The position numbers and the translations under genes were made by a program. Source: Candidatus Yonathbacteria bacterium RIFCSPLOWO2_01_FULL_43_27 (lineage in GTDB: Bacteria > Patescibacteriota > Minisyncoccia > Phycocordibacterales > UBA1550). Taken from it: a stretch of 64,000 nt of DNA. The notes beneath the pieces are model-generated. The model had not been told where the DNA came from, searched no databases, and worked only from the letters and a program-made list of their open reading frames with translations. Below, piece after piece: positions 26,817-35,457 of this stretch. Within the stretch, counting starts at the first letter, position 1, and every line of letters starts with the position of its first letter. The stretch spans positions 6,718-70,717 of the forward strand of contig MHUV01000003.1 in NCBI GenBank assembly GCA_001823545.1, given 5' to 3'.

Positions 26817-27308
26817 ATGGAAGAGAGCAAAAGAAACGAGAAGCTGTATTGTCTGTTTCAAGAGCTTGGCGGATTTTATCCTTCCATGGGCACCATTTTT
26901 CTTCCCGAATCTGAACGCATAGAAGAGTTGATGAAAAGACTCGAAGCGTACCAGAAAAAAGAGAAGATTGATTCCGCTCAAAAGGTAGCAAGACTTCTTC
27001 CTGAGCCTCAGCGGACAAATGAGTTAAAGAAGATTTTTGAATCATACCGAGAGAGGAGTAAATACAAAGAGGCAGAAGAAGTAGCACTGCTTCTTCCCGA
27101 GCCACACAGAAGTGATTCACTAGTAATAGTCCTCAGATTTTATTTTGATCAATTTTCGGTTGATAACCCCCTGAGGATCGTACGTATCCTTCAGGAACCT
27201 CAGAGGGCAAATGAGTTAATGAAGATGCTCGAAGTGTGCATCGAAAAATACAAGCACGAGGATGCTCGAAAAGTGGCAGATGTAATCCTCGAAGACTATA
27301 GAAAATAA
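26817..27308 (+). CDS. Hypothetical protein with three to four ~40-aa tandem internal repeats
   Basis: Repeats KVARLLPEPQRTNELKKIFESY, EVALLLPEPHRSDSLVIVLRFY, LRIVRILQEPQRANELMKMLEVC. Strong RBS. Confidence 0.5.
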   Translation: MEESKRNEKLYCLFQELGGFYPSMGTIFLPESERIEELMKRLEAYQKKEKIDSAQKVARLLPEPQRTNELKKIFESYRERSKYKEAEEVALLLPEPHRSDSLVIVLRFYFDQFSVDNPLRIVRILQEPQRANELMKMLEVCIEKYKHEDARKVADVILEDYRK

Positions 27309-27328
27309 CCCGCTGTGCCACAAAACGC

Positions 27329-27366
27329 AAGAGGTCACACAAAATGTTGTGTGACCTCTTTTTTTA
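27329..27366 (+). terminator. Intrinsic terminator
   Basis: aagaggtcacacaa-aatg-ttgtgtgacctctt followed by ttttttt. Confidence 0.7.
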
Positions 27367-27384
27367 AACACCCTAACAATAAAA

Positions 27385-27609
27385 TTACTGCATTATCTTT
27401 TGCAATTCTGCTTGATGCGCGCGCATCACCTCAAGTGCTGCGGCCTGTTCTGAACGGCCACTTTTTACTTTTGCTTTGATTTCGTCGCCAATTTTCTTGA
27501 ATATTTCAGGATTCTTGCCCACAATATCAACAATGCGATCAACTTCGCTTTCGGGTAACCCCTTTAATTGCCTTTTTACTACTTGTTTTAATAAGAAATC
27601 TTTAATCAT
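27385..27609 (-). CDS. Small hypothetical protein (74 aa)
   Basis: MIKDFLLKQVVKRQLKGLPESEVDRIVDIVGKNPEIF... The longer track version overlaps the MFS gene start, so the ATG at 27609 is preferred. Confidence 0.35.
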   Translation of the reverse strand: MIKDFLLKQVVKRQLKGLPESEVDRIVDIVGKNPEIFKKIGDEIKAKVKSGRSEQAAALEVMRAHQAELQKIMQ

Positions 27610-27660
27610 ATATTTGAATTGTGTTATAATAGCACAAAATAAAAGGTAATCAAACAACCC

Positions 27661-28833
27661 ATGCCACACCATCCCGCAAAAAAAACAATGCTCCTTCTTG
27701 TGTATCTTGCAAGTTTTCTTTATTCGTTCCACTACGCACTCCCCCTCTATATCGAATCGTCATTCATTGCCCAGTTTCTTTCCACAGAAGAAATGATTGG
27801 CGTTATTTTTTCTATTGCCGCAATCATTTCTGTGGTAAGTATTTTTTTCTTTCCGAGAGTTCTTCGAAAATTTGGAAATTATCGTACCACGCTTGCAATT
27901 ATGGGGCTGGAAATTGCAACCCTTCTTTCGCTGGTGGCATTTTCAATACCGCTTGTTGTGGTGGGTCTCTTTATAGTACACCAAGCACTCCTTAGTCTTA
28001 TATTTTTAAACCTCGATACTTTTGTAGAGTCATACTCAGACAACCAGTCAACAGGAAGCATCCGTGGTGTTTTTATGACGGTTCTCAATATCGCGATAGC
28101 GATTGCGCCATTCCTTGCGGGACTTATGCTTACGGACCACGATTTCTGGAAAGTCTATCTCGCGGGAGCAATATTTATGTCCCTTTGCTTTCTGGTGATT
28201 GCGAAAAATTTTAAACACTACATTGACCCACAATACCTCGTGCCAAAGTTTAAAGATACAATAAAAACGGTGCTGAAAAGCCACGACCTTCATTCTGTCA
28301 TCTTTCTTCATTTCCTGCTCGCCTTCTTTTTTTCATGGATGGTAATTTATACACCTATCTATCTCAATAAGCACATTGGCATACCTATGAGTGATATCTT
28401 GAGCGTCATCATTCCTGTAGCACTCCTTCCCTTCATCTTTTTTGAAGCAATATTAGGCAGAATTGCGGACACGAAACTGGGAGAAAAGGAAATCGTTACT
28501 ATGGGGTTCCTTTTGATGGCAGTTGCCACCATGGGACTTTCGTGGATCACCTCAACCAGTGTTGTAGTATGGGCAGTTGCACTCCTTATTACCCGCATTG
28601 GCGCGAGCGCTGTAGAGTCTATGATTGAGAGTTATTTTTATAAAAAAGTAGGCCCCGAAGAAATCAATCTCGTAACCTTTATGCGTATGGTACGCGGAAG
28701 CGCTTATATTGTCGGACCACTTCTTGGCTCGCTCGTACTTTCGTTCATCAATTTCCGCTTCCTCTTTTTTACGCTTGGAATTATCGTTCTTACCAGTATC
28801 CCCTACACGCTCACGATCAAGGATACTAAATAA
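27661..28833 (+). CDS. MFS transporter
   Basis: 12 predicted TM helices in a 6+6 arrangement. Confidence 0.8.
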   Translation: MPHHPAKKTMLLLVYLASFLYSFHYALPLYIESSFIAQFLSTEEMIGVIFSIAAIISVVSIFFFPRVLRKFGNYRTTLAIMGLEIATLLSLVAFSIPLVVVGLFIVHQALLSLIFLNLDTFVESYSDNQSTGSIRGVFMTVLNIAIAIAPFLAGLMLTDHDFWKVYLAGAIFMSLCFLVIAKNFKHYIDPQYLVPKFKDTIKTVLKSHDLHSVIFLHFLLAFFFSWMVIYTPIYLNKHIGIPMSDILSVIIPVALLPFIFFEAILGRIADTKLGEKEIVTMGFLLMAVATMGLSWITSTSVVVWAVALLITRIGASAVESMIESYFYKKVGPEEINLVTFMRMVRGSAYIVGPLLGSLVLSFINFRFLFFTLGIIVLTSIPYTLTIKDTK

Positions 28834-28840
28834 AAGCGGT

Positions 28841-29115
28841 ATTTACCCCGAGGCAAAGCCCCGGTCAAAATGTGTTCGCTTCGCTCACCAATTTACCGCC
28901 CCAGAGGGGCAGGGTATTCAACCCTTGTATTATTCCATTACATGGACGGTACACCTTTTGGATTTTCTTTTCGTGATTACACGCAATAAAATCTCAAAAG
29001 GTCTTGCGAAGCTCCATGTATTCGCTTCTCACCTCGGCTCCCTGGCCGACTGCTGTCAGCGGGTTAGGCGGAAATGAGAAAGATTACTTTCTCATTTCAC
29101 TCGCTCTACGTCGCT
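28841..29115. repeat. Full-length (long variant) copy of the intergenic GC-hairpin repeat family
   Basis: Termini aaaagcggtatttacc ... ctctacgtcgctaatag. Hairpins CCGGGGC-ttt-GCCCCGG (as its complement here), CCGCCCC-aga-GGGGC(A/G)GG and GAAATGAGAAAG-attac-TTTCTCATTTC. Versus 58150-58320 (inverted) it carries a ~130-bp internal insertion that includes the 35-mer shared with 8039. Confidence 0.65.
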
Positions 29116-29120
29116 AATAG

Positions 29121-30122
29121 TTACCTACGACGTATTTTTTGAGTGACCCATTTTAACGCGCGGTACAAAATATAAAATACCACTACATAAAAAATAACCT
29201 TATATTCAAAAAAATACTGCAGTACCGCGAGCACAAAATAACTTACGTACGCAAGAGGTTTCTCTGCTTCTGTACGCACCGTCTCGGTAAATGGTTTTTC
29301 CTTTTGAGTCGAGATTGCCTCTGTAGGAATACGATTACGCTCATTAAGTGCATCTATTTCTTTTGATTTTTCTTCTTTTGCAAGTTTAAATTGATATCCT
29401 TCACTAATACGAAAACGCTCAACAATATTTGAACCTGATGAAACTGCTTCTTTTATTGGTTCAGGAATTTTTGAGTCCACTACACTCATAGCGTTCTCTA
29501 CGACGCCTAGATTTTTAGTTCCCGTTGCGGTCTGCGCGCGCGCTTCAATAAGTTTTAGCTCTTTATCATCCGAAACACCATTACCATCAGAATCTTTTTT
29601 AAGTGGGTCGGTGCTATTTTTAATTTCATCAATATCTGAAACATTATCGTTATCATCATCCAGATCATCAGTATTTCCTATACCATCTCGGTCAGTATCA
29701 AAATCAATAGCGAGTTCATTCTTTGCCGTTTCTATGTTTTCAAGCACAATAGGTCGTTTTTTCCCTCCCGTACCAACCGCATGCACCCCAGAAAGGCGCG
29801 CGGTGATGGTATGCTTGCCGTCCTTTGCAACCCAATCAACCCACACATCACGGGCGCGACCTCCGCTCGCAAGAGAAAAATCTGTTTTACCAATTAAAAT
29901 TCCGTTATCTAGAAATTCAACAACGCCAATCAAGTCCTCTGAGCTTCCATTGAAAATAATGGTATAAATGCGAATACTATCCCCTGAGAAAAAAGGACTT
30001 CGTGAGTACCAAATATTAGAGGGGGCAAAGCCGGCATTTTTTAAAGGAGTATCAACTGCGTATACAGGAACCACGGTCGCAACAAAAAATAAAAGAATTG
30101 CAAAAAAAGATTTCATAACCAA
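29121..30122 (-). CDS. Secreted protein with thrombospondin-type-3-like Ca-binding Asp repeats and a C-terminal TM anchor
   Basis: Signal peptide MKSFFAILLFFVATVVPVYA. DTDRDGIGNTDDLDDDNDNVSDIDE...DSDGNGVSDDKE match the DxDxDG calcium-binding repeat. Hydrophobic C-terminus. Confidence 0.55.
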   Translation of the reverse strand: MVMKSFFAILLFFVATVVPVYAVDTPLKNAGFAPSNIWYSRSPFFSGDSIRIYTIIFNGSSEDLIGVVEFLDNGILIGKTDFSLASGGRARDVWVDWVAKDGKHTITARLSGVHAVGTGGKKRPIVLENIETAKNELAIDFDTDRDGIGNTDDLDDDNDNVSDIDEIKNSTDPLKKDSDGNGVSDDKELKLIEARAQTATGTKNLGVVENAMSVVDSKIPEPIKEAVSSGSNIVERFRISEGYQFKLAKEEKSKEIDALNERNRIPTEAISTQKEKPFTETVRTEAEKPLAYVSYFVLAVLQYFFEYKVIFYVVVFYILYRALKWVTQKIRRR

Positions 30123-30139
30123 GATATGCTCCTAGTATA

Positions 30140-31129
30140 TCATCTTTCAGATTCTGACGAAGGTGCAGAAATGTATGTTTTTCGTTCCTCATCCTTTTCT
30201 TCTTTTTGTCCCTCTTCTTTACGAGTTTCCTTACGTCGTTCGTATTCGGCTTTCTTTTCTTTGTTTCTTTTCTCAAGATTTTCGCGTACTTCTCGAATAT
30301 CATCTATCGTCTTCTCGAGAGATTCTGTGCCGCTCTTTTTTATGCGAATACTATTAGTATCCTCACTCGGGCGCTTTTCACGCTCTGTATTATTAATACT
30401 ATTTTCTATCTTAACCGATGGAGTACTCGTAGATACGGTTGTACGAACTCGCTCGGTCTCTTTTTTGAACTTAGAAGATTTCTTTATCTCTACGTTAGCT
30501 TGCTTGTCCTCGTCATTATCTTGCTCACTTGTCTTTTTATGGATATCCTCAAGAAGTTCTTTTTCGTAAGTTTGAAGTACCCGCGCAAGATTTTCAGCGA
30601 CTTCAAGCGCTCGCTCGTCATCATCGTTATCGTCAAACTCCACAATGCGCCTCTGTGCACGTTCAGCATATTTTCTCACATTCTTACGCGCAAACTCCTT
30701 GGTCTCTGACGGGATACTCTCGAGTGATCCAACTTCCTTCATTTCCGTGAGACGGCGTTCCACAAGTGCAATATCCCATTCTGCTTTCGCTTGTGGGGTA
30801 ACCGCCACCACGCCACGTACACGCTCATTTACCCCCGTTTTAACAGGATAGAGCACATTCCCAGGGAGTGCCCCTTCTGCCGCAAATGAAACTGTTCCTC
30901 CAATAAGAATACCGCCAATCACAGTAGCGGATAGTACCTTAAATCCGCGCGCCTTTCGCATAAATGAGTATGGGGAAACCACGGTACGCGAATTCTTCGC
31001 TTGGGATGTGTGCGCAACAGGGTTCTCTTGCGCAAATTGCAGAAGTGCCTGACGCATTGCGGATTTTTCCTCGACAGTAAGACGCACTTCGCGTGAACCT
31101 TTTTTAAATTGTTTAAGCAAATTTCTCAT
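30140..31129 (-). CDS. Putative membrane-anchored anti-sigma factor with a highly charged KE-rich C-terminal tail
   Basis: Immediately downstream of, and overlapping by 17 nt, the ECF sigma gene. Single TM (VLSATVIGGILIGGTVSFAA). The extracytoplasmic domain LPGNVLYPVKTG... is of the type seen in sigma-associated proteins. Confidence 0.45.
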   Translation of the reverse strand: MRNLLKQFKKGSREVRLTVEEKSAMRQALLQFAQENPVAHTSQAKNSRTVVSPYSFMRKARGFKVLSATVIGGILIGGTVSFAAEGALPGNVLYPVKTGVNERVRGVVAVTPQAKAEWDIALVERRLTEMKEVGSLESIPSETKEFARKNVRKYAERAQRRIVEFDDNDDDERALEVAENLARVLQTYEKELLEDIHKKTSEQDNDEDKQANVEIKKSSKFKKETERVRTTVSTSTPSVKIENSINNTEREKRPSEDTNSIRIKKSGTESLEKTIDDIREVRENLEKRNKEKKAEYERRKETRKEEGQKEEKDEERKTYISAPSSESER

Positions 31130-31622
31130 ATAATGTTTTTGTTTTTTCTATTGCACGATGAATGCGTACGGAGACCACATTTTCAGTTTCTCCTGTAACT
31201 CGTGCAATCTCTTTAACCGAAAGTCCGTCTACGTGTCGCATCACCAACACCTCACGATATTTATCAGGAAGTGTTTCAATGAGTGCTACGAGACGTTGTG
31301 AAAGATCTTTGGTCTCAAGGTCTTCTCTAAAATCGACTCCCACGTCAAACCCGATTTCTTCCTGCATCTGATCCAATGAAAATGATTCTTTTTTACGATA
31401 CTCATCGATAATCAGATTGTTAGCAATTTTGTACAAAAACGCACGCTGATTCACAATTTCTTTCTCTTCTGCAAGATATTTCCAGAAACGAATAAATGTC
31501 TCTTGAGTAACATCTTTTGCCTTATCTCTATCCGATAGGCGGAAAAAGCAATGCCGAAAGATCACGTCGGCAAATTCATCGTACGACTTTAAAAAATACC
31601 CCTCTTTGGCCTGATCTTTCAT
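31113..31622 (-). CDS. RNA polymerase sigma-70 factor, ECF subfamily
   Basis: Region 2 (FIRFWKYL..., YKIANNLIIDEYRK) and region 4 (LPDKYREVLVMRHVDGLSVKEIARVTGETENVVSVRIHRA). Confidence 0.85.
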   Translation of the reverse strand: MKDQAKEGYFLKSYDEFADVIFRHCFFRLSDRDKAKDVTQETFIRFWKYLAEEKEIVNQRAFLYKIANNLIIDEYRKKESFSLDQMQEEIGFDVGVDFREDLETKDLSQRLVALIETLPDKYREVLVMRHVDGLSVKEIARVTGETENVVSVRIHRAIEKTKTLYEKFA

Positions 31623-31663
31623 TACTTCTTAATCTAATACAAAAGACGGCGTTGCGCCAGTTT

Positions 31664-31705
31664 TCTTACAAAAAGATGCCGAGACTGAGCTCGGCATCTT
31701 TTTGT
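31664..31705. terminator. Perfect 19-bp-stem palindrome; bidirectional terminator
   Basis: cttacaaaaagatgccgag-actg-agctcggcatctttttgtaag. Confidence 0.6.
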
Positions 31706-31713
31706 AAGAAACT

Positions 31714-31926
31714 CTACATAGTCTGCACAGTGCACGTCTTGCACTCACTACTATGCGTTACCGCAAAGTAGATTGCAGAAAGTCCCACAAGTGCATATAC
31801 AACCTTTCCTGCTATGGAGCCTGCACCAAGGATCATATCGACAACATTATAACCAATTGCGACAAGTCCCCAATTCAAACCACCAACCACAAGGAGGATG
31901 AATGCGATAATATGTAATATTTTCAT
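31714..31926 (-). CDS. DUF378-family small membrane protein
   Basis: GGLNWGLVAIGYNVV motif; two TM helices. Confidence 0.55.
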   Translation of the reverse strand: MKILHIIAFILLVVGGLNWGLVAIGYNVVDMILGAGSIAGKVVYALVGLSAIYFAVTHSSECKTCTVQTM

Positions 31927-32013
31927 TTTATTTTTTAAAAAAATTACTTATCGACCTTTCTCTTATAAGTATACACCTTCCCATAATACGTGCGAGAGTA
32001 CCTGTGTATAACC

Positions 32014-32721
32014 TTACGCTTCCCACATGACTCGAATACGCGCCATAATTAAACTTGTTGCATTTTTTAATTCCTCAAGCGTGGGTGGGCGTCCTTCTTT
32101 GAGGGCAGTCTCAAACACCTCTGATGAAGCAATAGGCGCACCATAGGAAACGGTAATCGTTCGCTTCCTTAAAAAAATCTCTCGTAATGTTATTCGATAG
32201 TCCCCACGAATAGCGACGGGGATAACAGGAACTCCTGTGCGCCATAAGAGATGCGCAACGCCAGGTTTTCCTTCGCCAATAAATCCATCTCGCGTAATTT
32301 TTCCTTCAGGGAAAATACAAACACTTCTTCGGTCGTTCAGAATCTTAATATGATGTCGTAAGGCAAGATCGTAGTCACCCAAACCAACGGTAGCAGGATA
32401 TGCGCCCCATAATTTGAAAAAAGTTCCTCCGTATAAAATTTGTTTGAGACTAAATCTTTTTTTACCGTCACGAAGATAGAATGCCGTCTCGCGAGAGACA
32501 TAGAACATCGGCATCAAGCGTGACAGAAACGGCAATGTTGCCGGCACGAGAATAGGATTGAGCTCGCTGGAATGATTCACCGCAAAAAGAGCACCATTTT
32601 TCATTCCACGCACGTGTTCTAATCCTCTAATGCGAATGTGGGTAAAAAAACGAAATGCAATCCACGTACACGGATACACAAGTGTCTGAAAAACCAAAGG
32701 TGTAAAATATATAAATTGCAT
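32014..32721 (-). CDS. plsC: 1-acyl-sn-glycerol-3-phosphate acyltransferase (PlsC / LPLAT family)
   Basis: NHSSELNP (the NHxxxxD-box equivalent) and FPEGKITRDG motifs. Confidence 0.7.
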   Translation of the reverse strand: MQFIYFTPLVFQTLVYPCTWIAFRFFTHIRIRGLEHVRGMKNGALFAVNHSSELNPILVPATLPFLSRLMPMFYVSRETAFYLRDGKKRFSLKQILYGGTFFKLWGAYPATVGLGDYDLALRHHIKILNDRRSVCIFPEGKITRDGFIGEGKPGVAHLLWRTGVPVIPVAIRGDYRITLREIFLRKRTITVSYGAPIASSEVFETALKEGRPPTLEELKNATSLIMARIRVMWEA

Positions 32722-32792
32722 AATGTAATATTTTGGTTTGATTGCTATACATTATAACATATTTTATACAAAATAGCAAGTACTTATATCAA

Positions 32793-32825
32793 CAAAAAAA
32801 CCGGCAAAATTACCGGTTTTAATGA
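32793..32825 (-). terminator. Intrinsic terminator after rplU
   Basis: aaccgg-caaaatta-ccggtt, with a T-run on the minus strand. Confidence 0.55.
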
Positions 32826-32831
32826 GGAAAA

Positions 32832-33146
32832 TTATTTGATTGCGTCAATCTTCACTTTAGTAAAAGGCTGACGATGGCCATTTTTCTTGAAATAACGGCT
32901 CTTTTGGCGGTAACGGATAACCGTTACTTTTTTACCCATACCTTCTTCGACGATGGTCGCCTCTACGGTTGCCCCAGGGACCAATGGCATACCAACGGAT
33001 GTCTTTACTCCACTATTCACAAGAAGAACTTGGTCGAAAACTACCTTGTCCCCTTTTTTGGTGCCATTAAGCTTTTCAATCACCAAAGACTCGCCTGGAG
33101 CGACCTTGTACTGCTTGCTACCTGTTTGTATTACTGCGAAATTCAT
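32832..33146 (-). CDS. rplU: 50S ribosomal protein L21
   Basis: MNFAVIQTGSKQYKVAPGESLVIEKL is the canonical L21 N-terminus. Confidence 0.85.
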   Translation of the reverse strand: MNFAVIQTGSKQYKVAPGESLVIEKLNGTKKGDKVVFDQVLLVNSGVKTSVGMPLVPGATVEATIVEEGMGKKVTVIRYRQKSRYFKKNGHRQPFTKVKIDAIK

Positions 33147-33269
33147 AATTCCAATATAGTACACGAAACGTAATAAAAATGCAAGTGGATAGGATTGACA
33201 TTATAAGACAATATCTGGTATAAAGCCTCCAGAAGTTCATAATTAAAATTAAATGATAGGAGGGACATT

Positions 33270-34001
33270 ATGTCAGGAACAGTATCAATAATTTACCCGA
33301 GGATAGGTGAAAAGATTCAGGTTGTTCATTCCACGTATGGCTATGCCTCAGGATACCGAAAACCAAAAAGTATCCCCGAGCAAGTAAATACTCTCTGTGG
33401 CGTGTTTCCTCATATCACACGAGAACTTCTTGGCACATCAACAACTACGAAACCAGTACCTGCTTTTGCAGAGGGATTATTCGTTATCCCTCACTGGGGA
33501 CTCATCGCACAGACCTACGCCAGCGCTGTTTTGGCTGCACTTGAAGAACTTGAAGCAGTGCGAGGAAGCAAGATTTGCAAGTACTACCGTGGGGAAATAG
33601 GGAGTGAAAACTTCAGGCGAAACTTCAACACCGAACGAGCACTGAGGAGCATTCACGGAGGTGACGAGGATTGGTGGCACAAAGTATTCACGATCCCCGC
33701 TCAGTTTGGTATTCAGTACCGTGGGGCCTCTTCGCACTGGGCAAAAAGAACATTTACAAAGTGCGAGTTCGGTCTCGGACTTTTTGAGGTCATCATTATG
33801 CTCATTACCCACCCTGAGCGCCTCAGCTGTAACGACGATCTCTGGATTGAATGTCCTGGAGACAGTTATTCATTCACTCCCGATAACGATCCTCTCAGTA
33901 CACCATTTCTCAACATCATTGATGGCGAGATTGGTGTCGGTACTGTGCCAACATATGAGCCAGGAGCACGTTATGGCTCGGCAACGTTGTTTCTTCCATA
34001 A
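33270..34001 (+). CDS. Hypothetical protein (243 aa)
   Basis: Strong RBS (taggaggga) 8 nt upstream; coding-like composition; no motif recognised. Confidence 0.45.
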   Translation: MSGTVSIIYPRIGEKIQVVHSTYGYASGYRKPKSIPEQVNTLCGVFPHITRELLGTSTTTKPVPAFAEGLFVIPHWGLIAQTYASAVLAALEELEAVRGSKICKYYRGEIGSENFRRNFNTERALRSIHGGDEDWWHKVFTIPAQFGIQYRGASSHWAKRTFTKCEFGLGLFEVIIMLITHPERLSCNDDLWIECPGDSYSFTPDNDPLSTPFLNIIDGEIGVGTVPTYEPGARYGSATLFLP

Positions 34002-34016
34002 GGTTCTCTCTAATAA

Positions 34017-34054
34017 AACAAAACTACCTACAATACACCGTAGGTAGTTTTTTA
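34017..34054. terminator. Bidirectional intrinsic terminator
   Basis: aaaactacctac-aatacacc-gtaggtagtttttt. Confidence 0.65.
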
Positions 34055-35179
34055 TTACTCCTCCATCCTTGGTTTATCAATCAAAAGGGGCTCTATACCT
34101 GCAGATTCACCGGTGATTTTTACCACGTCTTTGTCTACTTTTTTCAACTCCTTATATGCGGATGTATAGTGGTTCACCGTGGTACCGAGCGCATTACCAA
34201 GCTTTTTCATATAATCTTCATATGCGGTAAGGTGCTTGCGAAGCTCTTCAACGCGACCGATAATAAGCTGTGCTGATTCTTCAATCTTAAAGGCGCGAAA
34301 ACCATACAATACTGATTGCAAATATGCTGAAAAGGTTGTTGGCGATACGATGATCACCTTTTTTTCATTAGAAGCATAGTCAATAAGTGACCTCGTGTTT
34401 ACTTTCACTGAACCGACTTCATTGACGAGAAGGTCGTAGTAGATTCCTTCCGCTGGGATGAACATAAATGCAAACGGAAGCGTTCCTTCGGCAGGACGAA
34501 CATACTTTGCTGTTTCATCAATACGTTTTTTGAGATCATTTTTGAATTCCTTTTCCAACTCTTCCTTTCGCGTTTCGTCAGTTTCGTTTACGACGCGGTT
34601 ATAATTATCGAGTGAAAACTTTGCATCAACAGGAATCATTCCATCCTTGGTAAGGATGACCGCATCCACCATATCACCATCCTTGAACTGATACTGAAGC
34701 TTGTATGCCGTAGGGGGTAAAATATTTGAAAGAATGAGCTCGAGTGCCGCCTCGCCGAGCGCTCCACGTTGCTTTTGGTGTTTGAGAACCTTTTCAAGAT
34801 TGTGGAGTTGGTCGGTAATGGACAGCACTTGCTTTGAAGTTTCGTTGGCAGTCGTCATTTCTTTTGCCACACCCAAAAGATTGCGCTCTACTTGTTCATT
34901 GATTTGACGAATAAGTTTCTGTGATTCAGTAAATTGCGTATATACCGCCTGTTGCATTTCTTTGTTGGTTGCTCCCATTTTCTCATCTACTGTTTTCATA
35001 AAACTACCAAGTTGTGATTGAAAATTTCCAATCTGGTTTTGAATGAGCAGAAGTGCCTCATTCTGTGGCTCGGGGGCAGAACCTTGAGAAACTGATTTAT
35101 TTTTCAAATACAAGACAAAAACAACAGCTGAAGCAACTCCCACCACAAGCCCGATAAGAATAAGGAAAAGTGGTGACAT
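34055..35179 (-). CDS. rmuC: DNA recombination protein RmuC
   Basis: N-terminal TM, coiled coil, and the RmuC core (QRGALGEAALELILSNILP..., PVDAKF, MFIPAEG). Confidence 0.8.
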   Translation of the reverse strand: MSPLFLILIGLVVGVASAVVFVLYLKNKSVSQGSAPEPQNEALLLIQNQIGNFQSQLGSFMKTVDEKMGATNKEMQQAVYTQFTESQKLIRQINEQVERNLLGVAKEMTTANETSKQVLSITDQLHNLEKVLKHQKQRGALGEAALELILSNILPPTAYKLQYQFKDGDMVDAVILTKDGMIPVDAKFSLDNYNRVVNETDETRKEELEKEFKNDLKKRIDETAKYVRPAEGTLPFAFMFIPAEGIYYDLLVNEVGSVKVNTRSLIDYASNEKKVIIVSPTTFSAYLQSVLYGFRAFKIEESAQLIIGRVEELRKHLTAYEDYMKKLGNALGTTVNHYTSAYKELKKVDKDVVKITGESAGIEPLLIDKPRMEE

Positions 35180-35181
35180 AA

Positions 35182-35409
35182 TTATATAGCAAGCATCGCG
35201 CTCAAATTATTGAGGAGCATAGGAATCGCAAACAGTAGCCCTACTAACGGAATAATAAAAAGTGCGAGCGTAACGATAAGGGTCCACATAAAATACTTTC
35301 GTGTTTTTTCCACTGACACAAACACTTTTTGCAAAACTTCGTTTTGTACCGCAATTTGTCGTAAGATTTCTTGTTCCATAATACGTATCTTACTACATAC
35401 GTAGTCCAA
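35182..35409 (-). CDS. Small membrane protein, hypothetical
   Basis: 75 aa with two TM helices in the C-terminal half. Confidence 0.3.
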   Translation of the reverse strand: MDYVCSKIRIMEQEILRQIAVQNEVLQKVFVSVEKTRKYFMWTLIVTLALFIIPLVGLLFAIPMLLNNLSAMLAI

Positions 35410-35457
35410 AAAAAAGCGGCCACCTCGTGTGAGATGACCGCCAGAAAAAACTAGTAG

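Noticed and set aside
33270-34001. Slightly GC-richer 243-aa gene, considered as a horizontally acquired or defence gene
   Set aside because: There are no flanking mobility genes and no identifiable domain. Kept as a plain hypothetical CDS.
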